A DNA stretch of 45,999 bases from Nemertoderma westbladi (taxonomy: Eukaryota > Animalia > Xenacoelomorpha): assembly GCA_032718475.1 (NCBI GenBank), contig JAUCBJ010002346.1, positions 1-45,999 on the forward strand. The letters run 5' to 3'. The notes under the pieces are model-generated. The model made no database searches. It saw only the letters and a program-made list of their open reading frames with translations, and had not been told where the DNA came from. Each line of letters opens with the position of its first letter. The first letter of the stretch is position 1. The position numbers and the translations under genes are program-made. Shown in pieces: positions 10,912 to 24,930 of this stretch.

Positions 10912-11543
10912 CTGCACAATTAAAATTATATCTCGATTCATTATTATATTAAGGAATATTTCAGATACAGGAAGATTTGAGTGGATATTGAATATGGTAG
11001 AATACTTTAATACTTCTCAGAATATGGGTCTTTTAGGCCTTAAATGTAGATTCACAAATAGAATATACAGATTTAGAACACGTGGGTTCTACGGAAGGCT
11101 CTGGTTCGTATACGTAGTGTCGAGTGTATAAGTGTCGACACTCTAACTTCCAAGGTTCCAAACCAACCCTCCGTAACTCTCCAATGTTCGACGGTAAAGG
11201 AAAGGTGTTTCTACAGTAGGCCTATTTACCGTTACAGTGTGGACGTATCTCTGTGTTACAGCACCAGCAATGTGGTGTTCACACTTCAATTGAAAAGTCG
11301 AAAATTGTAACACATTGTATTAAAACATTTGTAGAATAGGCTTATGAATTTAATACTATTATCAAGGGCATAACTTTAAGGAAAATAGTACGTATGGCAC
11401 ATTACTGTCGCTGTTTAAGTACTAATATACAGTATCTAAAGCCCTTGACTAAGGCGTGGCATTAAACATATTCCCCTGTGTAACTATGCTCTGATTCAGG
11501 TGTCTATTCGGTTAGGTAACTAACTACTTTGAATTATACTTAC

Positions 11544-11650
11544 CTATGGGAGAAATGTCTAAAATCTGTTCTGTAACAATCCACATCCAACCCTCCTGGT
11601 ACATTCCCATGCTTTCAGCTTGCTTCAGTATTAGTTCTGCATCTACACGG
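11544..11650 (-). CDS. grin1: GluN1-like ATD exon (RVDAELILKQAESMGMYQEGWMWIVTEQILDISPI)
   Basis: Bounded by CAG and GTAAGT, 107 nt, phase 2 to 1. Aligns to GluN1 [26 protein letters not shown]. Confidence 0.85.
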
Positions 11651-14600
11651 CTGTGGAGGAAAATGTGTAGTGAGTAATGTAGGCCTAATGTGAAATTAAT
11701 ACAATATCAAATCCGCATATTTCAAAAATTAAAAAATTGACAGACACGCTGACAATAAATACTAGAAATATGAACTATATCCAACAATTCTCCGAAAATC
11801 GATATTTTAAGTATTTGTATAAAAGTATTTATTTTTTTGCTTCAAAGTATTATTTTATTTTAAATTAAAATAAATTAATTCATTTTTCATTCATTACATT
11901 AAATTTCAGAGTTAAATTAAGTATAGCTAGCCTTTAGAATTATTTGCATTTAACTAATAATATTTTGAAAAGAATAACGTAGACCCTACAAGCTGACATC
12001 AGAATGTACCGTTTATCTTGTGTTACTATTAAACATGTGAATAAATTAAAAAACAAAATTCAATGCAACTAAAAAAACTTATACAATATGAATAATATAT
12101 TTTCTTTAAAATATCCCATTTATTGTCCGCAAAAGTACGGACAATAAAGACTTAAATGTCCGCATTTGCGGACAATAAAGTAATTATTCAATCAATCTTC
12201 CAAAACTTCGGACAATAAAGTAATTAGCAAGTCGTTAGACTTGATTACTGTAAGAATTGTTGACTGACTGACTGGCTGGCTGGCTGGCTGACTGGCTGGC
12301 TGGCTGGCTGGCTGATCTACAGCCAAAACTACTCTAACGATTTTGATGAAATTTTCACAGCATCTAGATACCGCGATTCTAAGGTCCCTGGCATGATCGG
12401 CTACTCCGTCCATAGCCTCTGGGCTCGAAAAATAGAGATAAACGAAAAAAACGCCATAGGCGCAATGGTAAAATAACACCCATGACAGCTGGTGTCCTGA
12501 TGAAAAATGGCTTATGTAATGCATTTCTACACAAGGCTTAGTAATAAATCGATGAGGTTGCCAAGAGTATTATACTTAGTACACCCATACTGTTTGTTTA
12601 GGCCCTGCACTCTCTGTCAAAGCAAATATTAACTGGTTGATTTAGTTTGTGGTTCTACACAGGCTTAGTATAAATCGATGAGGCTGCCAACTGGTTGGTT
12701 TAGTTTGCAATCTATTACCGCCTCAGCTGAATAACTCTTCCCCCTGCTGAATGACTATTAGGTATACAGTGTATCGGCTACATTATGCCAACATTAATAC
12801 TGTGGAGGCTGTATGCTTATAAGGCGGAATGTTTACTCAGCCTCATACTGATACTCTTTAAGGCTTACACTAACATTATAGTTTGAAATATAAAAATAAC
12901 TGCTTATTATCTGTATTGGGTTAATCACGGTGGCATTCAAAATGTTTTGTTAGGTGAATGACATTTAGTGGCTAAGATTATGCTCTGTCAGATTCCCTTC
13001 ACACCATAGGCAAACATTGTTGAGGCTGAGGGAATTTAATTTAGTTTACTCTACTGAGTCATTCAGCTGAATGGATTTGAGCAATTGCCAAATTACAGAG
13101 TGGGATCTCTCTCTGACCATAGATAAATAACACTTCCCTTCTGAACAAAGGTAAACATTGTTGAGGGAACTTACCTTTGATTGACGACTTCCGACTTGCT
13201 TAACGGCGTCTTGACGCCGTCTCTAGTTAGCAAGTCGTTAGACTTGATTACTGTAAGAATTGTTGACTGACTGACTGGCTGGCTGGCTGGCTGACTGGCT
13301 GGCTGATCTACAGCCAAAACTACTCTAACGATTTTGATGAAATTTTCACAGCATCTAGATACCGCGATTCTAAGGTCCCTGGCATGATCGGCTACTCCGT
13401 CCATAGCCTCTGGGCTCGAAAAATAGAGATAAACGAAAAAACGCCATAGGCGCAATGGTAAAATAACACCAATGACAGCTGGTGTCCTGATGAAAAATGG
13501 CTTATGTAATGCATTTCTACACAAGGCTTAGTAATAAATCGATGAGGTTGCCAAGATTATTATACTTAGTACACCCATACTGTTTGTTTAGGCCCTAGGA
13601 CACTCTGTCAAAGCAAATATTAACTGGTTGATTTAGTTTGTGGTTCTACACAGGCTTAGTATAAATCGGTGAGGCTGCCAACTGGTTGGTTTAGTTTGCA
13701 ATCTATTACCGCCTCAGCTGAATAACTCTTCCCCCTGCTGAATGACTGTTAGGTACAGGTTATTGGCTACATTAATGCCAACATTAATACAGTGGAAGCT
13801 GTATGCTTATAAGGTGGAATGTTTACTCAGCCTTATACTGATACTCTGTAAGGTTAAGACTAACATTATAGTTTGAAATATAAAAATCACTTATTATTAT
13901 CTGTATTGGGTTAATAATCACTGTGGCATTCAAAATGTTTTATAGGTGATTGACATTTAGTGCAAGCTGAATGACTGTTAGTTACAGAGTACTACAGTAC
14001 TGCACTCTTATTTTATTTTTAAATCTTTCGTCCAACATTAATACTTTGGAGGTTGTATGCTTATAAGGCGAATGTTTACTCAGCTTCATACTGATACACT
14101 GTAAGGCTAACACTAACGTTATAGTTTAACACATAAAAATCACTGCTTATTATCTGTATCAGGTTACATACTGTGGCATTCAAAATGTTTAAATGTTTTA
14201 TAGGTGATTGATATTTAGTGCAAGCTGAATGACTGTAGGTTACAGAGTACTATTGCACTGTATTTTATTTTTAAATCTTTTGGCCAACATTAATACTGTG
14301 GAGGCTGTATGCTTATAAGGCGGAATGTTTACTCAGCCTCATACTGATACTCTGTAAGGCTTACACTAACATTATTGTTTGAAATATAAAAATAACTGCT
14401 TATTATCTGTATTGGGTTAATCACTGTGGCATTCAAAATGTTTTGTTAGGTGAATGACATTTAGTGGCTAAGATTATTCTCTGTCAGATTCCCTTCACAC
14501 CATAGGCAAACATTGTTGAGGCTGAGGGAATTTACTTTAGTTTACTCTACTGAGTCATTCAGCTGAATGGATTTGAGCAATTGCCAAATTACAGAGTGGG

Positions 14601-17007
14601 ATCTCTCTCTGACCATAGATAAATAACACTTCCCTTCTGAACAAAGGTAAACATTGTTGAGGGAACTTACCTTTGATTGACGACTTCCGACTTGCTTAAC
14701 GGCGTCTTGACGCCGTCTCTAGTTAGGAACCGAGAGGTTCATTACTGTAAGAATTGTTGGCTGATTGATTGACTGGCTGGCTGACTGACTGATCTACAGC
14801 CAAAACTACTCTAACGATTTTGATGAAATTTTCACAGTGGCTTGATACCGCGATTCTAAGGTCCCTGGTATGTTCCGCTATTTTGTCCATGAGCCGTGGG
14901 CTCGAAAAATAGACATAAACGAAAAAACGCCATAGGCGCAATGGTAAAAAACACCAATAACAGCTGGTGTCGTGATGAAAAATGGCTTATGTAATGCATT
15001 TCTACAGAAGGCTTAGTAATAAATCGATGAGGTTGCCAAGATTATTATACTCAGTACACCCATACTGTTTGTATAGGCCACCACTCTCTGTCAAAGCAAA
15101 CATTAACGGGTTGGTTTAGTTTGAAATCTAATATCGCCTCAGCTGAATTACTCTTCCCAATGCAATCTATGGGAATATCTCACTCTGCTAATGTAAGCTG
15201 AATGACTTAAGTACACAGTGTGTTGGCTACATTAATGCCAACATTATTGCAAAATGTTTTATTGTTTGATTACTCTCTGTCAGTCTCCCCTTCAGAACAT
15301 TGTATAGGAAATTTACTTTAGTTTACTCTACTGTGCCATTCAGCTGAAGGGATTTGAGCGATTGCCAAGTTACAGAGTTGGATCATTATCTGACCATAGG
15401 CAAAGGCAAATCTTGTTAAAATATACTTTTTCCATGTTTTTTTTTCTGACCAAAAATTTCAAAAAAAAATTTTTGTAGCCAGTACTGCCAATCGATTCGC
15501 CATCAAAAATAACGCAAAAAATTTTTTTTGCAAAATTTTAAATTACTGTAAATTTTTGGCGACTGGGGGGGGTCAATTTTTTTCGATCCGCTATAACTCC
15601 GGAACGCTTTGTCCAAATTCGATGGGGTTTTCATTTTTCAACTTAATTCGATGTCCTCTTTCAGCCTATCCATGTTTCGAAACCCCAAACAACGCCGTTC
15701 AAAAATAAATTTTTTCTAGTTCTAGAATTTTACAAATTTCAAAAAAGTTGCAGTATTTTATTAACGCCTTTACGGAATTCGATAGCGTTTTCGATTTTTA
15801 TATTAAACGCAATATCCTGAATCTCACTAGCCTAGTTTCGCGTCACCAATGCCAAGACTTCATACTTTTTGAGGAAAATTTTTCTAGAATAATTTTTATT
15901 TAATTACATTTATCGCGATTTCTTATTACTGGATGCACATGAATTGATGGAGTTTTCAATTTCTTAACTAAACACGATATCGCGCATCGCACCAGCGTGG
16001 TTTCGAAATTCCAAAACGAGGTCTTCACTAGTTGCAGGTCGATTTTGTTCTAGAATGGAGCAACTAATAATAGATCGAATTTATTAATAATTATTGTATG
16101 AAATATGATTGTATTTTTACATAATTATTAGTTCTATACTAATTCTCGTTGTCTCTTTTATTTAAAATAAAAAGTCGGTTCCTTATCGGGCCGCTAGGCC
16201 CGTCACTAGTTAGGAACCGAGAGGTTCATTACTGTAAGAATTGTTTACTGATTGATTGACTGGCTGGCTGGCTGACTGACTGACTGATCTACAGCCAAAA
16301 CTACTCTAACGATTTTGATGAAATTTTCACAGCGGCTGGATACCGTGATTCTAAGGTCCCTTGTATGTTCCGCTATTTCGTCCATGAGCCGTGGGCTCGA
16401 AAAATAGACATAAACGAAAAAACGCCATAGGCGCAATGGTAAAATAACACCAATAACAGCTGGTGTCGTGATGAAAAATGGCTTATGTAATGGATTTCTA
16501 CACAAGGCTTATTATAAATCGATGAGGTTGCCAAGATTATTGTACTTAGTACACCCATACTGTTTGTTTAGGCCCTAGGACACTCTGTCAAAGCAAATAT
16601 TAACTGGTTGGTTTAGTTAGAAATCTATTATCGCCTCAGCTGAATTACTCTTCCCAATGCATTCTATGAGAATATCTCACTCTGCTAATAATGTAAGCTG
16701 AATGACTTAAGTACACAGTGTGTTGGCTACATTAATGCCAACAATATTGCAAAATGTTTTATTGTTGGATTACTCTCTGTCAGTCTCCCCTTCAGAACAT
16801 TGTATAGGGAATTTACTTTAGTTTACTCTACTGTGCTATTCAGCTGAATGGATTTGAGCGATTGCCAAGTTACAGAGTTGGATCATTCTCTGACCATAGG
16901 CAAAAGACATCAAATGTTTTTAAAAAGATACTTTTTCCATGTTTTTTTTTTCTGACCAAAAATTTTTATTAGGAACCGAGAGGTTCATTACTGTAAGAAT
17001 TGCTCGA

Positions 17008-17046
<39 letters not shown>

Positions 17047-18464
17047 TGACTGATCTACAGCCAAAACTACTCTAACGATTTTGATGAAATTTTCACAGCG
17101 GCTGGCTGACCTGATTCTAAGGTCCCTGGCATGATCGGCTACTCCGTCCATAGCCTCTGGGCTCGAAAAATAGAGATAAACGAAAAAACGCCATAGGCGC
17201 AATGGTAAAATAACACCAATGACAGCTGGTGTCCTGATGAAAAATGGCTTATGTAATGCATTTCTACACAAGGCTTAGTAATAAATCGATGAGGTTGCCA
17301 AGATTATTATACTTAGTACACCCATACTGTTTGTTTAGGCCCTACCAACCACTCTCTGCAAAGCAAACATTAACTCGTTGGTTTAGTTTGAAATCTAGTA
17401 TTGCCTCAGCTGAATAACTCTTCCCAATGCATTCTAGGGGAGTATAAAAGTTTCTCCCTCTGCTAATGTAAGCTGAATGACTTAAGTACACAGTGTGTTG
17501 GCTACATTAATGCCAACAATATTGCAAAATGTTTTATTGTTGGATTACTCTCTGTCAGTCTCCCCTTCAGAACATTGTATAGGGAATTTACTTTAGTTTA
17601 CTCTACTGTGCTATTCAGCTGAATGGATTTGAGCGATTGCCAAGTTACAGAGTTGGATCATTCTCTGACCATAGGCAAAAGACATCAAATGTTTTTAAAA
17701 AGATACTTTTTCCATGTTTTTTTTTTCTGACCAAAAATTTCAAAAAAAAATTTTTCGTAGCCAGTACTGCCAATCGATTCGCCATCAAAAATAACGCAAA
17801 AAATTTTTTTTGCAAAATTTTAAATTACTGTAAATTTTTGGCGACTGGGGGGGTCAATTTTTTTCGATCCGCTATAACTCCGGAATGCTTTGTCCAAATT
17901 CGATGGGGTTTTTATTTTTCAATTTAATTCGATGTCCTCTTTCAGCCTATCCATGTTTCGAAACCCCAAACAGCGCCGTTCAAAATTTAATTTTTTCTAG
18001 ATTCTAGAATTTTACAAATTTCAAAAAAGTTGCGGTATTTTATTAACGCCTTTACAGAATTCGATAGCGATCAACTTAATTCGATGTCCTCTTTCAGCCT
18101 ATCCATGTTTCGAAACCCCAAACAGCGCCGTTCAAAAATTATTTTTTTCTAGTTCTAGAATTTTACAAATTTCAAAAAAGTTGCAGTATTTTCATTAACA
18201 CCTTTATGGAATTCGATAGCGTTTTCGATTTTTATATTAAACGCAATATCCTGAATCTCACTAGCCTAGTTTCGCGTCACCAATGCCAAGACTTCATACT
18301 TTTTGAGGAAAATTTTTCTAGAATAATTTTTATTTAATTACATTTATCGCGATTTCTTATTACTGGTTGCACATGAATTGATGGATTTTTCAATTTATTA
18401 ACTAAACACGATATCGCGCATCGCACCAGCGTGGTTTCGAAATTCCAAAACGAGGTCTTCACCC

Positions 18465-19232
18465 GAATGGAGCCGAGTTGAGCCCAATCAAGCCGAGCAA
18501 GCCAGACTGAGCCGAGTCAAGCCCAATCGAGTCGAGTCGAGCCCAATAGAGCCGAGTTGAGCCCAATCAATCCTAGTCGAGCCCAATTGAGCGGGACCAA
18601 GCCAAATCGAGCCCAATCGTGCCAGACTGGGCCAATTTGAGCCAAATCGAGCCGAGTCAAGCCCAATCAATCCCAATCAATTGAGTCGAATCGAGCCCAA
18701 TTGAGCCAAGTCGAGCCGGACCGAGCCGAGTCAAACCCAATCGAGCCGATTGAGCCGAATAAAGCTGAGTCGACTCAGACCGAGCCGAGCAGAACCCAAT
18801 CGAGCCGAGTTGAGCCGTGTCACGCCAAATTGAGCCGGACTGAGTCGAGTCGAGACCAATCAAGCCGAGTCGAGCCCAATCGAGCTGAGTCGAGCCGGAC
18901 AGAACCGAGTTGAGCATAATCAAGCCGAGTCGAGCCAGACTGAGCCGAGTTAAGCCCAATCGAATCGAGTCAAGCTCAATAGAGCCGAGTCGAGCCCAAT
19001 CAAGCCTAGTCGAGCCCAATTGAGCCAAGTTGAGCCAAATCGAGCCGAGTCAACCCCAATCAATCCCAATCGAGCCGATTCGAGCCCAACCGAGCTGAGT
19101 CGAGACGAATCGAGCCGATTGAGCTGAGTCGAGTCGAGCCCAATCAAGCCGAGTCGAGCCCAATCGAGCCAAACCGAGCCGATCAAGCCAAGTCGAACTG
19201 AATCGGGCCCAATCATGCCAGACCGAGCCGAG
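18465..19232 (+). repeat. Degenerate GAGCC-based satellite (gagcc/gagtc/caatc) in unit 5
   Basis: 5-bp periodicity with recurring 20-mer gagccgagtcgagcccaatc. Confidence 0.9.
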
Positions 19233-21121
19233 CTCGTTGTCTCTTTTATTTGAAATGAAAAGTCGGTTCCTTATCGGGCCGCTAGGCCCGTCACTAGTTA
19301 GCAAGTCGTTAGACTTGATTACTGTAAGAATTGTTGACTGACTGACTGGCTGGCTGGCTGGCTGACTGGCTGGCTGGCTGGCTGGCTGATCTACAGCCAA
19401 AACTACTCTAACGATTTTGATGAAATTTTCACAGCATCTAGATACCGCGATTCTAAGGTCCCTGGCATGATCGGCTACTCCGTCCATAGCCTCTGGGCTC
19501 GAAAAATAGAGATAAACGAAAAAAACGCCATAGGCGCAATGGTAAAATAACACCCATGACAGCTGGTGTCCTGATGAAAAATGGCTTATGTAATGCATTT
19601 CTACACAAGGCTTAGTAATAAATCGATGAGGTTGCCAAGAGTATTATACTTAGTACACCCATACTGTTTGTTTAGGCCCTGCACTCTCTGTCAAAGCAAA
19701 TATTAACTGGTTGATTTAGTTTGTGGTTCTACACAGGCTTAGTATAAATCGATGAGGCTGCCAACTGGTTGGTTTAGTTTGCAATCTATTACCGCCTCAG
19801 CTGAATAACTCTTCCCCCTGCTGAATGACTATTAGGTATACAGTGTATCGGCTACATTATGCCAACATTAATACTGTGGAGGCTGTATGCTTATAAGGCG
19901 GAATGTTTACTCAGCCTCATACTGATACTCTTTAAGGCTTACACTAACATTATAGTTTGAAATATAAAAATAACTGCTTATTATCTGTATTGGGTTAATC
20001 ACGGTGGCATTCAAAATGTTTTGTTAGGTGAATGACATTTAGTGGCTAAGATTATGCTCTGTCAGATTCCCTTCACACCATAGGCAAACATTGTTGAGGC
20101 TGAGGGAATTTAATTTAGTTTACTCTACTGAGTCATTCAGCTGAATGGATTTGAGCAATTGCCAAATTACAGAGTGGGATCTCTCTCTGACCATAGATAA
20201 ATAACACTTCCCTTCTGAACAAAGGTAAACATTGTTGAGGGAACTTACCTTTGATTGACGACTTCCGACTTGCTTAACGGCGTCTTGACGCCGTCTCTAG
20301 TTAGGAACCGAGAGGTTCATTACTGTAAGAATTGCTCGTGGCTGACTGGCTGGCTGATCTACAGCCAAAACTACTCTAACGATTTTGATGAAATTTTCAC
20401 AGCGGCTAGATACCGCGATTCTAAGGTCCCTGGTATGTTCCGCTATTTCGTCCATGAGCCGTGGGCTCGAAAAATAGACATAAACGAAAAAACGCCATAG
20501 GCGCAATGATAAAAATACCAGCTGGCACTCATGAAAAATGGATAGAGATGGCCTAGTAATGCTATTCTATAGGAATGGCCACCTAACAAGGAAATGCTTT
20601 CTCTGCCAAGTATTCTCCTCACTCTACAACTCAGACAGTAAGCAAACAAAAGCCGTGGGATTCTAATGTATTACATCATAAGCTGATTGCTCTCCCAATA
20701 GCCCTCACACACTCACTGAATCGAATGAAATCGTATATCTATTAGCTTAATGCGAATAGCTGGTAGCTGAATGCCATTTTAGTTATTGTGTACTGTTGAT
20801 TGCAGAGTTGACTGCTATGTTGTATGTATTTAATTAAAATAATTTTCGTAGAGGGAAGTTAATTTGGGATTACTTTCTATCAGATGTAAGCAAAGCTGTT
20901 CAATGGGGTGGGTCATGGGACCCAAATATAGTACATTATGCATGGCAAACATTAATAAAATCATTCAGTCAACCTGGAGGGTATTTGCTTAGTTAACTCT
21001 ACTGTGCGAAAAACGAATTTTTAATGTTACCCATACTTCAGGTGAATGAATTTTTAGATATTTGTACTGGAGGCAAGGATTTCTGATATAATTAAATATA
21101 TATTTCGATATTATGTAGTTG

Positions 21122-21622
21122 CGCCCTTCTAGCAGCACGTGAGATAATCAAGTAATAGACATAATATTTGACTTTGTCCCTTCGAGCAGCACGTGAGTTT
21201 TGCTTTGACCCTTCGATATATGTATTTGCGCCCTTCGAGCAGCACGTGAATTACATCAAATAATAGACACATTGTTTGACTTTGTCCCTTCGAGCAGCAC
21301 GTGAGTTTTGCTTTGACACTTCGATATATGTATTTGCGCCCTTCGAGCAGCACGTGAGATAATCAAGTAATAGACATAATGTTTGACTTTGTCCCTTCGA
21401 GCAGCACGTGAGTTTTGCTTTGACCCTTCGATATATGTATTTGCGCCCTTCGAGCAGCACGTGAATTACATCAAATAATAGACACATTGTTTGACTTTGT
21501 CCCTTCGAGCAGCACGTGAGTTTTGCTTTGACACTTCGATATATGTATTTGCGCCCTTCGAGCAGCACGTGAGTTTTGCTTTGACACTTCGATATATGTA
21601 TTTGCGCCCTTCGAGCAGCACG
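21122..21622 (+). repeat. 53/55-bp alternating minisatellite with invariant cccttcgagcagcacgtg core (also ~24616-24925 and ~26830-27062)
   Basis: About ten cores in unit 7, separated by two alternating spacer types. Confidence 0.9.
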
Positions 21623-21636
21623 GGGAGTCGACTCAG

Positions 21637-22196
21637 ACCGAGCCGAGCCGAGCCGAGCCGAGCCGAGCCGAGCCGAGCCGAGCCGAGCCGAACCGAGCCG
21701 AGCCGAGCCGAACCTAGCCGAGCCGAGCCAAACCGAACCGAGCCGAACCGAGCCGTGCCGAGCCGAGCCGAGCCGAGCCAAGCCGAGCCGAGCCGAACCG
21801 TGCCGAGCCGAGCCGAGCCGAACCGAGCCGAGCCGAGCCGAGCCGAGCCGAGCCGAGCCGAGCCGAGCCGAGCCGAGCCGAGCCGAACCGCGCCGCGCCG
21901 AGCCGAGCCGAGCCGAGCCGAGCCGAGCCGAGCCGAGCCGTGCCGAACCGAGCCGAGCCGAGCCGAGCCGAACCGAGCCGAGCCGAGCCGAGCGGAGCCG
22001 AACCGAGCCGAGCCGAGCCGAGCCAAGCCGAGCCGAGCCGAGCCGAACCGAGCCGAGCCGTGCCGAGCCGAGCCGAGCCGAGCCGAGCCGAGCCGAGCCG
22101 AGCCGAGCCGAGCCGAGCCGAGCCGAGCCGTGCCGAGCCGAACCGAGCCGAGCCGAGCCGAGCCGAGCCGAGCCGAATCGTGCAAGACCGAGCCGA
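21637..22196 (+). repeat. (GAGCC)n microsatellite, nearly pure, in array unit 7
   Basis: Seen directly; source of the spurious AEPSR/LGSAR ORFs. Confidence 0.95.
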
Positions 22197-24930
22197 GCTC
22201 GTTGTCTCTTTTATTTGAAATAAAAAGTCGGTTCCTTATCGGGCCGCTAGGCCCGTCACTAGTTAGGAACCGAGAGGTTCATTACTGTAAGAATTGTTTG
22301 CTGATTGATTGATTGACTGGCTAATCTACAGCCAAAACTACTCTAACGATTTTGATGAAATTTTCACAGCGGCTAGATACCGCGATTCTAAGGTCCCTGG
22401 TATGTTCCGCTATTTCGTCCATGAGCCGTGGGCTCGAAAAATAGACATAAACGAAAAAACGCCATAGGCGCAATGGTAAAATAACACAAATAACAGCTGG
22501 TGTCTTGATGAAAAATGGCTTATGTAATGGATTTCTACACAAGGCTTAGTATAAATCGATGAGGTTGCCAAGATTATTGTACTTAGTACACCCATACTGT
22601 TTGTTTAGGCCCTAGGACACTCTGTCAAAGCAAATATTAACTGGTTGGTTTAGTTTGAAATCTATTATCGCCTCAGCTGAATTACTCTTCCCAATGCAAT
22701 CTATGGGAATATCTCACTCTGCTAATGTAAGCTGAATGACTTAAGTACACAGTGTGTTGGCTACATTAATGCCAACATTATTGCAAAATGTTTTATTGTC
22801 AGTCTCCCCTTCAGAACATTGTATAGGGAATTTACTTTAGTTTACTCTACTGTGCCATTCAGCTGAATGGATTTGAGCGATTGCCAAGTTACAGAGTTGG
22901 ATCATTCTCTGACCATAGGCAAAGACATCAAATCTTTTTAAAAATATACTTTTTCCATGTTTTTTTTTCTGACCAATAATTTCAAAAAAAAATTTTTCGT
23001 AGGCAGTACTGCCAATCGATTCGCCATCAAAAATAACGCAAAAAATTTTTTTTGCAAAATTTTAAATTACTGTAAATTTTTGGCGACTGGGGGGGGGTCA
23101 ATTTTTTTCGATCCGCTATAACTCCGGAACGCTTTGTCCAAATTCGATGGGGTTTTCATTTTTCAACTTAATTCGATGTCCTCTTTCAGCCTATCCATGT
23201 TTCGAAACCCCAAACAGCGCCGTTCAAAAATTATTTTTTCCAGTTATAGAATTTTACAAATTTCAAAAAAGTTGCAGTATTTTATTAACGCCTTTACGGA
23301 ATTCGATAGCGTTTTCGATTTTTATATTAAACGCAATATCCTGAATCTCACTAGCCTAGTTTCGCGTCACCAACGCCAAGACTTCATACTTTTTGAGGAA
23401 AATTTTTCTAGAATAATTTTTATTTAATTACATTTATCGCGATTTCTTATTTACTTGCACATGAATTTACATGCACATTTACTTGCACTTATTAGCACAT
23501 GAATTGATGGAGTTTTCAATTTATTAACTAAACACGATATCGCGCATCGCACCAGCGTGGTTTCGAAATTCCAAAACGAGGTCTTCACTAGTTGCAGGTC
23601 GATTTTGTTCTAGAATTGAGCAACTAATAATGGATCGAATTTATTAATAATTATTGTATGAAATATGATTGTATTTTTAGATAATTATTAGTTCTATACT
23701 AATTCTCGTTGTCTCTTTTATTTAAAATAAAAAGTCGGTTCCTTATCGGGCCGCTAGGCCCGTCACTAGTTAGGAACCGAGAGGTTCATTACTGTAAGAA
23801 TTGTTGGCTGATTGATTGACTGGCTGGCTGGCTAATCTATAGCCAAAACTACTCTAACGATTTTGATGAAATTTTCACAGCGGCTGGATACCACGATTCG
23901 AAGGTCCCTGGTATGTTCCGCTATTTCGTCCATGAGCCTTGGGCTCGAAAAATAGACATAAACGAAAAAACGCCATAGGCGCAATGATAAAAACACCAGC
24001 TGGCACTCATGAAAAATGGATAGAGAAAGCCTAGTAATGCTATTCTATAGGAATGGCCACCTAACAAGGAAATGCTTTCTCTGCCAAGTATTATCCTCAC
24101 TCTACAACTCAGACAGTAAGCAAACAAAAGCCGTGGGATTCTAATGTATTACATCATAAGCTGATTGCTCTCCCAATAGCCCTCACACACTCACTGAATC
24201 GAATGAAATCGTATATCTATTAGCTTAATGCGAATAGCTGGTAAGCTGAATGCCATTTTAGTTATTGTGTACTGTTGATTGCAGAGTAGACTGCTATGTT
24301 GTATGTATTTAATTAAAATAATTTTCGTAGAGGGAAGTTAATTTGGGATTACTTTCTATCAGATGTAAGCAAAGCTGTTCAATGGGGTGGGTCATGGGAC
24401 CCAAATATAGTACATTATGCATGGCAAACATTAATAAAATCATTCAGTCAACCTGGACCGAGGGTATTTGCTTAGTTAACTCTACTGTGCGAAAAACGAA
24501 TTTATAATGTTACCCATACTTCAGGTGAATGAATTTTTAGATATTTGTACTGAAGGCAAGGATTTCTGATATAATTAAAATACAAGACAGGGGCTTGTTT
24601 CGATATATGTAGTTGCGCCCTTCTAGCAGCACGTGAGATAATCAAATAATAGACACAATGTTTGACTTTGTCCCTTCGAGCAGCACGTGAGTTTTGCTTT
24701 GACCCTTCGATATATGTATTTGCGCCCTTCGAGCAGCACGTGAATTACATCAAATAATAGACACATTGTTTGACTTTGTCCCTTCGAGCAGCACGTGAGT
24801 TTTGCTGTGACCCTTCGATATATGATGTTGCGCCCTTCGAGCAGCACGTGAGTTACAACAAATAATAGACACACTGTTTGACTTTATCCCTTCGAGCAGC
24901 ACATGAGTTTGACCCTTCCAGCAGCGTGTG

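Noticed and set aside
21122-21622. CRISPR-like repeat/spacer appearance
   Set aside because: Spacers recur in alternation, the context is a eukaryotic transposon interior, and there are no cas genes.
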